64,000 bases of DNA from Phoronis australis (lineage: Eukaryota; Animalia; Phoronida): positions 70,367 to 134,366 of the forward strand of contig NMRA01000617.1 of NCBI GenBank assembly GCA_002633005.1, read 5' to 3'. Of the stretch, positions 41,201-49,848 are shown one piece after another. Under the pieces are notes generated by a model, which was given only the letters and a program-made list of their open reading frames with translations, made no database searches and was not told where the DNA came from. How positions within the stretch are numbered: position 1 is the stretch's first letter; each line of letters opens with the position of its first letter. The translations under genes and the position numbers were made by a program.

Positions 41201-44200
41201 AGAAGACGACTTGTAGAGTCTGGTTTCAAGCTAAAACAAAGTATGAGTTCTTTTAATGGTAATTTAAACTTTCTGAAAATATTGGAAATGCTACGCGTTT
41301 TCACTTGTAAAGTATGGAGTTTTAACATGAAGGTAACTGATTATATGATAGAAAGGTTGCCAGCCCAGGAAAGATAAGGAAAAACTTCTGTTCATCACTT
41401 TGCAAGTTTCATTGCAAGTTTATACATTCAGTGATGCTTGGTAGCGAGCATAGGTTACCCTCTGGCCCTCTGTCCATACACTCTATGATGGTTAACAACT
41501 TTACATTTTTTACTCTGTTCAGAGTATACCAAGGCAGGTTATAATTCATCAGCACCATCTAGTTACCCGTGACATAGAAACGTTTATGCCCTGTCCTGCT
41601 CTAGCATGGAGTTAACTAAAAAAATGTAGTAACTTCTCATTCAGGCGTTGGCTTCAAACTGTCTGTTTTCGTGTAGTTGGGAAGTGTTGCCATGCAAACA
41701 TATTCATCACAGTATCTCCCATACTGACGTGCTTGTAACCAGCGAGTGCTTCGGTTCTCTCAGCAGGGCTTCCTTATCATGTTATAATTTTTACACTGAA
41801 ATAAGTTGTTTTTAATCATTTAATGTGCTTTTCATGTACGCAGACCTTCTTCATTGAAATCCTGTAAAAGGGGACTCTTGTAGTGACTGTAAGCGCATAA
41901 TCTGTTAGATTAATCTGTTAGCCAGGAAATTTTTCCCCGGGGACGCCTGCGGGAGTTTGATTTGTGTAATGGTTTACCTGATGATAATTCTATTCCAACA
42001 AAGCATAATGTAGTCATTAAGGTAAATTTCAATTGTGCCTGATTTGATTAAATTCGCCGTTGTTTGCGCTTGCACCTGTAAAGGTCAATGAGCCTTACGG
42101 GAGACTCGTTTCATGTTAGTGGTAATGTCATTACCGTGTACGGTTTATTTATTAAAGCTCTTTGATAGGTTGACATTTTCAAGGTTTTCCTTTGATGGAT
42201 TCCCCCCGGAGGCCTTGAAACTTTAACGAGTTTGATCTAATTAGTTATAACATGTTTTTATCGCTGGTCACACTAGTCAGGATTGACATTTTAGTATAGA
42301 AACCGGACTGTAATTCATTTTGCATATAAAACTGTTTTCCTTAACACTGTCTAAGTTTCCAATGCAAACATTAAGTCAGTTGCCTGCCTCAGACCTTACC
42401 TTAAAAATTAAGACAAAATGAAGAAAATAAGAAAATAATGTGTCAAAGAAATTTTGTGCGACCGAAATTTTCAACACTGCTGTAGATGTGTTGGCATAAG
42501 ATTTTTATGGGCCCACATATTTATATGTGGTCGCATATTGCCGTCATCTCTGTCTGGGCGTCTGGCGTCCGCAGCTGTATCTCCTAAACCCCTCTCAGGA
42601 TCTTATTGAGATTTGGCAGCTGTGCTGCTATGAAGCTAACGACAGGTGACAACGAATTTCGGACCTCTCCAGCTACCAGTGTGCCCCCTAGTGGCAATTT
42701 TAATTTTTATGCGCCCACATATTTATATGTGGACGCATTATGCCGTCATCTCTGTCCGTCCGGGCGGCGTCCGCAGTTCTATCTCCAAAACCCTTTGACA
42801 TACGTTCATGAAATTTGGCACATATGTTCCATTCATGAATGGGACGGCATGTGCGAACTTTCGGACGGATCCGACTACCGGTGTGCCCCCTAGCGGCAAT
42901 TTTAGTTTTTTACGCTTACCTTTGTATCTTCAAAAGTCCTGAACGGATTTTCATGAAATTTGGTATGTAGGCACCTATTAGTGAGATGACGCTATCCTGC
43001 CGTNCATGTTAGTGGTAATGTCATTACCGTGTACGGTTTATTTATTAAAGCTCTTTGATAGGTTGACATTTTCAAGGTTTTCCTTTGATGGATTCCCCCC
43101 GGAGGCCTTGAAACTTTAACGAGTTTGATCTAATTAGTTATAACATGTTTTTATCGCTGGTCACACTAGTCAGGATTGACATTTTAGTATAGAAACGGGA
43201 CTGTAATTCATTTTGCATATAAAACTGTTTTCCTTAACACTGTCTAAGTTACCAATGCAAACATTAAGTCAGTTGCCTGCCTCAGACCTTACCTTAAAAA
43301 TTAGACAAAATGAAGAAAATAAGAAAATAATCTGTCAAAGAAATTTTGTGCGACCGACATTTTCAACACTGCTGTAGATGTGTTGGCATAAGATTTTTAT
43401 GGGCCCACATATTTATATGTGGTCGCATATTGCCGTCATCTCTGTCTGGGCGTCTGGCATCCGCAGCTGTATCTCCTAAGCCCCTCTCAGGATCTTATTG
43501 AGATTTGACAGCTGTGCTCCTATGAAGCTAACGACAGATGACAACGAATTTCGGACCTCTCCAGCTACCAGTGTGCCCCCTAGTGGCAATTTTAATTTTT
43601 TACACTTGCCTCTGTATCTTTAGAGACCCTCAGTGGATTTTCATAAAATTTGGCAGTTAGGCTTTTGTTAGTGAGATGATGCCATTCTATCGTTTTCGGA
43701 CAGATTTGAGGTACGTTGCGTCACCTAGTGGCCATTTTTTACTGTTTTCGAGTCTGTTCTTGACATCGCTGTACTATCAACCAAACCGCTCCAAGGATGA
43801 TTTTGAAAATTGGCAGATATTTTCTTACTTTGAAGAGGGCGGCTGACGATGATTTTCCGATGACTTCGACTACTATGGTGCCTCCTAGTGGCAGTTTTCT
43901 TTGTTTTTGCTCCCGTGGCTGTATCTCCTAAACGCTTTACAGGATGTTTATTGAATTTTGCTGAAGGATTTACAAGAAGTTGACAACAGAGGACGACAAT
44001 GATTTTCGGATGGATCGGGCTACTGGTGTGCCCCCTAGTTTTAATTTTAGTTTTTTACATTTACCTAAGTATGTATCTTAAAAGGTTCAAATAAAATTTG
44101 ACAGATAGGCATCTTTTAGTGAGGTGATGCTATCATACGGTTTCGGTTAAATTCGAGACATGTTTTCGGATTGATTCGACATATTTTGCACCATCTAGTG

Positions 44201-47200
44201 GCCATTTTTATTTTCCAAATAAACACCCCTAGAAGCACATCTTTAGCGGTGCATTCGTGGATGCATTTCAACGCTCCATGTTGCTCTTGTTCTCTGTGTC
44301 TTCATGCTGGTCAAAAATAGCCATCTTTACGAATGAAGTAGTCTTATTATTAAAGCCAACAATCGACCTGTTAACTACTGTCTGGCCATACGCAGTATAA
44401 CAGAAAACGAGATGTGTTAGATGGATTCATTTTGCTTCTCGATTTTTGTGACCACCATCTCAGTTATCAAAGGCAATTGATATTGTGCAAAACAAAATGT
44501 CCACCACTCGATATACCTTTAACTAATGTGAAACTAGTGGTTTTGGGGACTCAAAAATCTGAAACTCCAAAAGTTTAATCTGGATTTGCCCTGTTTAGAA
44601 GTTACTTTTAGCATATTTCGAGTTCTTAACTGAAAAGCCAAAACTAACGGCTGATCTGGAATTTACTCATAGAAATGGTCATTGTTGCGTCATGTAACTG
44701 ACTTGTTTTTGAATGGAATTCCCTACACGTCATTTTTGAATTTCGGGGTTGATAAACCGTAAAATAAATTATTTCCAGATGTGTTTCTTGACCTGTTTAA
44801 GGTTTGTATGTTTTTGGTAGGAACAAGTCCTCATCATGGTTGGAAAATTCTTGAGACTGATTTTGTAAGATCAAAAGCCCCAACTCGATTTTCATTTTCC
44901 ACCAGCTTATTAGGACAAAATGTAGCTTTAATTTAACAGGTAAAACAGCTTTGTGATGGTTTATCCTGCCAAAACTGCTGAATATGAGTTTCACGCTATT
45001 CATCTCAAAAACAGGGAATTTAGACGGACTTGCATTAATTTGGTTAATTTTAGACAAACACTAAGTGAAAAGTGAACAGCACTTACCAGTGAAATACATT
45101 GGTGCCCCAACATGATAGACTAGCTTTGTGCCAACATGATAGTCACATTAATCGTGTTCCAACATAATAGTGACCTTAGTTGTTATAGGAGGATGCACCC
45201 CTGTTGTTCCATTTACTGTTCAGGTCACCAGTTCTTTTGTTTTAGGAAGCTCCCAGTGAAGTGAAGACAATGATATGGAAACGAACTAAAACAATCTCTT
45301 GCGATTAATTTTTTATTGCCAAAAGCACTCACCATTTCCATTCAAGTTGGCTGTGCAATAATACACTCGGGCAATTTTGTACACACAGTGTTGATATTCA
45401 GTTCTCCAGTTTTCCATCCCAGGTATTTGCCCACAAAAGCTTTGCTCACTATTTATTAGTGGGGATTTTATCACTTTGCAAATTTCAGACCGACTCTATT
45501 CATATCATGTTCTTCCGTCCCATTAGCTGTAATTGTGCTGGCTTTATTAGATTTGAGGTAGCATCAATCTTCATCCTTGTCATTGATTGTTATTAATNCT
45601 CTCTATTTGATTTCTTCGCTAGTCACATGAATGTTATCGTGTTATCGTGTTATTCATAATTAACGCCTTGATCGTCTTGATTGTCGTCGTCTCCCTCATC
45701 GTCGTCTTTTTGATTAGTTCCGCCAAGTGTCGCTCCTCCGAGCGCTCTCGTTTTTAATTCTATGTTTCTGTGGTGCTTTAAGCAACTGGTGTATAGGATG
45801 TGCTTGTATTATGAAGATAACTCACATTTTGCCCCTAGCCTATTTTGCGCCATCTAGTGGCCATTTTTATTTTCCAAATAAACACCCCTAGAAGCACATC
45901 TTTAGCGGTGCATTCGTGGATGCATTTCAACGCTCCATGTTGCTCTTGTTCTCCGTGTCTTCATGCTGGTCAAAAATGGCCATCTTTACGAATGAAGTAG
46001 TCTTACTATTAAAGCCAACAATCGACCTGTTAACTACTGTCTGGCCATACGCAGTATAACAGAAAACGAGATGTGTCAGATGGATTCATTTTGCTTCTCG
46101 ATTTTTGTGACCACCATCTCAGTTATCAAAAGCAATTGATATTGTGCAAAACAAAATGTCCACCACTCGATATACCTTTAACTAATGTGAAACTAGTGGT
46201 TTTGGGGACTCAAAAATCTGAAACTCCAAAAGTTAAAGCTGGATGATTTGCCCTATTGGAAGTTACTTTTCGCATATTTCGAGTTCTTAACTAAAGAGCC
46301 AAAACTAACGGCTGATCTGCAATTTATACTGCTCATAGAAATGGTCATTGTTGCGTCACGTAACAGACTTGTTTTTGAATGGAATTACCTACACGCCATT
46401 TTTGAATTTCGAGGTTGATCAACGGTAAAATAAATTATTTCCAGATGTGTTTCTTGACCTGTTTAGGGTTTGTATGTTTTTGGTAGGAACAAGTCCTCAT
46501 CATGGTAGGAAAATTCTTGAGACTGATTTTGTAAGATCAAAAGCCCTAACTCGATTTTCATTTTCCACCAGCTAATTAGGACAAAACGTAGCTTTAATTT
46601 AATAGGTAAAACACCTTTGTGATGGTTTATCCTGCCAAAACTGCTGAATATGAGTTTCACGCTATTCATCTCAAAAACAGGGAATTCAGACGGACTTGCA
46701 TTAATTTGGTTAATTTTAGACAAACACTAAGTGAAAAGTAAACAGGACTTACCAGTGAAATACATTGGTGCCCCAACATGATAGACTATCTTTGTGCCAA
46801 CATGATAGTCACATTAATCGTGTTCCAACATAATAGTGACCTTAGCTGTTATAGGAGGATGCACCCCTGTTGTTCCATTTACTGTTCAGGTCACCAGTTC
46901 TTTTGTTTTAGGAAGCTCCCAGTGAAGTGAAGACAATGATGATAGTGATGATGATAATGTGATGGAAACGAACTAAAACAATCTCTTGCGATTAATTTTT
47001 TATTGCCAAAAGCACTCACCATTTCCATTCAAGTTGGCTGTGCAATAATACACTCGGGCAATTTTGTACACACAGTGTTTGATATTCAGTTCTCTAGTTT
47101 TCCATCCCAGGTATTTGCCCACAAAAGCTTTGCTCACTATTTATTAGTGGGGATTTTATCACTTTGCAAATTTCAGACCGACTCTATTCATATCATGTTC

Positions 47201-49607
47201 TTCCGTCCCATTAGCTGTAATTGTGCTGGCTTTATTAGATTTGAGGTAGCATCAATCTTCATCCTTGTCATTGATTGTTATTAATAAAATTAACTTTTCA
47301 GATAAATGGATTTTTCAATAAATATGGAGTTGAACACACCATCAATTTCTCGTGCAGTCAATGAACAAAAGTGAATACATGATATCAACACCTCGTTAAT
47401 GAAATTAGCATTCATTGGATTCCCTGTGACGTAACATGGACTCTCAATTCTGTTAAGTACTGCTGTAGAACCTGCCTGTACTGATAAACAGGACGCATTT
47501 GTCATTGGCTTCTCTAGTGTTGCTTAGCATCATACATTCATTAAAATATTTTCCTCAAGCACCACGCTCCAGTATGCTATTTAATGTGTGTTACATTTTT
47601 ACAAGCGTGTATTTCTGGAAATGTAGAATACCCCCTCTTATAGGGTGCCGAAACTAAAAGATCCCCGATTTATAAGGAGATCCTTGATACAAAAATGCTA
47701 CATGACTGCACTTCTTAGTATTCAGTCACACAAATTTTTTTGAATCTTGAATAGTGACTTGACCAAATCTTCCCAAACCACATAAGAGTCATTTGTTGAG
47801 ACTACTTTCCCAAAAACTTGAATGACTGAATGTTGGCTGCCAGGACAAAAGTGATTGTGCCTCCTAGTGGCAGTGTTTGTCAATTTAATAAACAGAAGCA
47901 AGATCTAACTAAGAGACTGAGGTGTACTAAGTTCTAGTATTCGGGAATTTGTGTCATAAACACTAGCACAAGTCATTGCGGAACAATGGATTATTTAGCT
48001 AGTAGGATTATTGAAATTGTTGATGAATTTGACGGTGCTCCATCACTTGAGGTTATCACCTTCACCGGGACGAGATGTCATAAAGGAGCACTTACTGCAA
48101 GATACATATGGTAGTAAGGGCTTGTCCCTGCCTGTGTCAGGCAAGCACTAAACCCCGTTTCTGTGGCTTCACTCAAAAATGGGGTCCTATCGCTTCCAAT
48201 ACGCACAACTTGTGCCATTTTATATTCAATTTGTGCCATAAACACAAGCCAGTAGAGTTTTTGTATTGCTTTTTGTAAAAATTCAGTTCCTTGTTTATCT
48301 TAGAAAGACATTTTGTTATTACCTCGGTTATATTTACTAAAAAGTGATGGTAACGACCCAGCAACTAAAAGGCAGACATCTTGGTTTTGTATTCACTGCC
48401 ATTGATCACTGACATGAATATCGAACTAATATGTGGCCCTTATTGTCATCTAGATAGTAAATATAGCAATTTTTATTTTCAGTGATTAATGTGAAAAAAT
48501 GTCAAGACAAATAAGGATCTGTATTTTTACATATTTGAAGTTAACATCAAAAACAATTGCTTTCCCTTTTTAGGATTTCAATTTCTATGTTCCTTTGTCT
48601 ACAACTGTATTGAATAAAGCTGTGGGATTAGTCTTTTAATGGGGAGCATTTTAGAACTAGTATGTGGCAACTTGGATTTTGTTGTTTGGGTGATAGTGGC
48701 CTGTTTCGTTGCAGCCTCAATTGGACTTCTTTGGTAGGGTGATTGTCAAGAAAAAGACACCGGAAGCCCTGAAGAAAGGTATTTTAATTACAAGTTAATG
48801 ACTGATGAATTATTTTTCATTTCATGACACTGCTTATTGTGCCATTATTTGTAATGAACTGTAATTATTTGTAATGAACTGTAATTATTTGTAATGAACT
48901 GTAATTGTTATTAAAAGCAAATTGCTAGAGAAACGCACAAACAATTCATCATCCCTCTTGTTTACAGTGTTTTCCAATCTAATAAAGTGACATGTGTGCT
49001 ACATCATGCTGAGTGTAAAACAAAACAACAACTGAGTCATGTACATTAGCTTTTCACACTAACAAGGGACATGGTCCATGCTGTGTCCCCTTTATTGTCT
49101 GTATGGGCAGCATCAAGCATTACTTTAGGTGCTCATTTAAAGGATACTAAACCCTCGTTTTGGTGAAATCAATCAAAGGCTCGTTCTGCCACCCGTTAAT
49201 GCATCACTATTGTCCCACGTGTGATAAAAGCAGAATTCAAGTAAAAGTTCAACATACTCTCTGAGTCACAATTTGGACATTGTTGTTCTTGGTGGGTGGT
49301 CTTCCCTACAGGGCACACTTAGCACACTTGCTCCTTGAGTAGACGTTGTAAGGAGTTTACAAATTTTTCTCCAAACTTCTGACGGTTGCCGAGGATTGCA
49401 GAGCATCATTTTGCATTTTCTGTGAATAGACCAAAACGGGTTTGGTATCCTTTTTTAATAAATACTTTAAAGTACTTCTTTACAATAGATTATTCTCAAT
49501 TGACAGATGAGAGTCGGGACCTGCTGAACACTATCATCTGGTTCCGGTTCAAGGAAGGCTATTCGAATGCAGTTCGCAGACCAGTCAAGATGCAGGACTT
49601 GCTATGA
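8294..49607 (+). CDS. CHTF18: Chromosome transmission fidelity protein 18 (Ctf18, large subunit of the Ctf18-RFC alternative clamp loader), 24 coding exons, 927 aa
   Basis: Phase-consistent exon chain: 8294-8354, 10308-10502, 11511-11714, 12428-12552, 13593-13676, 14348-14400, 15017-15146, 15733-15909, 16122-16219, 16471-16594, 17575-17690, 18507-18600, 19192-19290, 20161-20288, 21962-22060, 30565-30676, 31434-31604, 33459-33608, 34380-34510, 36297-36381, 38344-38426, 40331-40430, 48715-48778, 49507-49607 (2784 nt including stop). Motifs: [18 protein letters not shown] (RFC box II), [12 protein letters not shown], Walker [20 protein letters not shown], Walker [37 protein letters not shown] and the Ctf18 C-terminal [22 protein letters not shown]. 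Confidence 0.95.
9626..10192. mobile_element. Non-autonomous DNA transposon (MITE), PIF/Harbinger-like
   Basis: About 40-bp terminal inverted repeats (GGGCTGTTCCAGTAAAATCTGTATGGGAGGGGGGGAGGCA ... TGCCTTCCCCCCCTCCCACACAGATTTTGCTGGAACAGCCC) flanked by TAA on both sides (9623-9625, 10193-10195). No coding capacity. A second copy lies at about 40525..41077. Confidence 0.85.
20427..20506. repeat. 80-bp hairpin / miniature inverted-repeat element
   Basis: CAGGGGTCGCGCATTTTGAGAACCAGTTT is an imperfect inverted repeat of AAACTGGTTCTCAAACCACGGGACCCCTG. TAA lies on both sides. Confidence 0.6.
20535..21596 (+). mobile_element. 5'-truncated, degenerate non-LTR retrotransposon (LINE ORF2 C-terminus plus 3' tail)
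   Basis: Interrupted frames read ...[37 protein letters not shown]...LLRMWNRI... and ...[18 protein letters not shown]...RICCLC...[12 protein letters not shown], the post-RT region with a C-terminal CCHC-type motif. It is followed by AATAAA and a (TTAC)n tail at about 21580-21596. Confidence 0.85.
23892..23965 (-). repeat. tRNA-derived SINE head or tRNA pseudogene
   Basis: The reverse strand reads TCCTCAGTGGCTCAGTGATAAGAGCACTAGACTGGCAATCTAGAGGCCTGTGGTTCGATTCCCAGTTGGGGC: A box, D stem GCTC/GAGC, anticodon arm CTAGA-CTGGCAA-TCTAG and B box GGTTCGATTCC. The T stem and acceptor stem are mismatched. Confidence 0.65.
24849..25166 (-). CDS. Uncharacterised intronless ~105-aa helical protein (nested gene A, antisense within CHTF18 intron 15)
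   Basis: [39 protein letters not shown]...[10 protein letters not shown]...ELGQSEDEE aligns without gaps to the ORF at 27705..28094. Minus-strand TATAAAG at about 25228..25222, CCAAT at about 25258..25254, strong-context gtcATGG at 25166 and AATAAA at about 24615..24603. Upstream in-frame ATGs (about 25190-25213) are alternative starts. Confidence 0.75.
   Translation of the reverse strand: MESRAEARLHYLRTTCIRACHQIGLLDRELDALEVRMFRARIANLRHFIYNYRIRMLVTKGVRQMFLEYAYRQLVNLKVMKTELGQSEDEEMSIIDHHLDRLSME
25573..26418 (+). mobile_element. Dispersed non-autonomous DNA element, TTAA-bounded (possibly Kolobok-like)
   Basis: Begins TTAAGGTTTTGTTGGACCCAAGAAAA...GTGAAACTTTCAGATAC. Related sequence recurs at about 36990-37335 (minus), 56888-57340 (plus) and 63050-63390 (minus). 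The right boundary at CCTTAA is tentative. Confidence 0.5.
27705..28094 (+). CDS. Uncharacterised intronless ~107-129-aa helical protein (nested gene B within CHTF18 intron 15), paralogue of gene A
   Basis: [11 protein letters not shown]...[34 protein letters not shown]...[21 protein letters not shown]...ELG plus an acidic tail. First ATG at 27705, strong-context aagATGG at 27774. Upstream are a reverse CCAAT (CTGATTGG, about 27470) and a TATA-like TTTAAAAG (about 27597). Locally CpG-rich. Not part of the CHTF18 exon chain. Confidence 0.75.
   Translation: MSRGVSFLPSCDLFCPELADNPKMAEYDREKWMYEKACQQAKLLNQHLELLETRFRRTMKTNCKALRYSLRIQIVTTEGLQHMFNEFLSLKWRRMRELGQELGLETTGGDFEQDDDIDFGVLRIDEESG
31862..33035 (+). 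mobile_element. Helentron/DINE-1-like non-autonomous element with internal ~150-bp tandem repeats
   Basis: 5' hairpin ATGCGCTCACATATTTGTATGTGAGCGC, about 7 diverged units each containing a GCC(T/A)CCTAGTGGC-like motif, and a 3' hairpin GGGGAGCAT...ATGTTCCCC followed by TTGTTTT. The same family occurs at 37660-38200 and 42502-44290. Confidence 0.6.
36684..36810 (+). repeat. Degenerate tRNA-derived SINE remnant
   Basis: GAGGCAGTGTGGCGTATTGTG (A-box-like) ... GTGTTTGAGTCTCG (B-box-like). A similar inverted remnant lies at about 31195-31258 (TTTGAACCC...ACCACTCTGCCTC). Confidence 0.4.
37660..38200 (+). repeat. Fragment of the ~150-bp-unit repeat family
   Basis: GATGGATCCGACTA..GTGCCTCCTAGTGGCAATTTT and ATGAAAATTGGCAG motifs shared with the copies at 31862 and 42502. 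Confidence 0.6.
38713..40188. repeat. Near-identical ~735-bp tandem duplication split by a single N (39446)
   Basis: 38713..39445 is repeated at 39447..about 40186 with scattered substitutions and small indels. Confidence 0.9.
40525..41077. mobile_element. Second copy of the Harbinger-like MITE, outer left TIR missing
   Basis: Colinear with 9626..10192 from ATCTGTATGGGAGGGGGG to CAGATTTTACTGGAACAGCCC. Confidence 0.85.
42112..43598. repeat. Near-identical ~590-bp duplication whose second copy starts at the N at 43004
   Basis: 42112..about 42705 recurs at 43005..about 43598. Confidence 0.9.
43394..44290 (+). mobile_element. Helentron/DINE-1-like element with ~150-bp internal repeats (also at 42502..43003)
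   Basis: Starts in a T-run: TTTTTATGGGCCCACATATTTATATGTGGTCGCAT hairpin, then a GTCT/GTCC-like stretch. CCTAGTGGC-type motifs at about 43572, 43718, 43878, 44028 and 44188. Ends ...TTGCTCTTGTT. Confidence 0.65.
44182..47287. repeat. Near-identical ~1.4-kb duplication; first copy ends at the N at 45598
   Basis: 44182..45597 recurs at about 45841..47287 with substitutions and small indels, e.g. an extra GAT-rich stretch at about 46938-46960. Confidence 0.9.
48845..48906. repeat. 20-bp tandem repeat x3
   Basis: (ATTATTTGTAATGAACTGTA) repeated three times in the last CHTF18 intron. Confidence 0.85.
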
Positions 49608-49710
49608 TCATCTTTCATACGAGAGACAATGAAAAATGAGGTGTTCGTCATGACGACAGTAAATGTTGTTGCTATAGTGTAAATGCTTAAATGCTTTCAC
49701 TTGTGCTGAC

Positions 49711-49848
49711 ATTCTTCTGCAGTTTCTGAGCACTGTATTCCTGTGACATGAGAACATTATTCTGCAGTTTCTGAGAACTGTATTCTTGTGACATAAGAAT
49801 ATTATTCTGCAGTTTGTGAACACTGTATTCCTGTGACAAGAGAGCATT
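49711..49848. repeat. 45-bp tandem repeat x3 in the presumed CHTF18 3' UTR
   Basis: ATT(C/A)TTCTGCAGTTTCTGAGCACTGTATTCCTGTGACATGAGAAC-like unit repeated three times, about 100 bp after the stop codon. Confidence 0.85.

Noticed and set aside
47290-48400. Decayed coding remnants of a transposon on the minus strand (also about 35100-35950)
   Set aside because: Only vague coding-like composition, frequent stops and no diagnostic motif.
49711-49848. CRISPR-like array (also considered for 58627-58755 and the ~150-bp-unit arrays)
   Set aside because: Units are directly tandem or wholly homologous with no unique spacers, there are no cas genes, and the context is eukaryotic.
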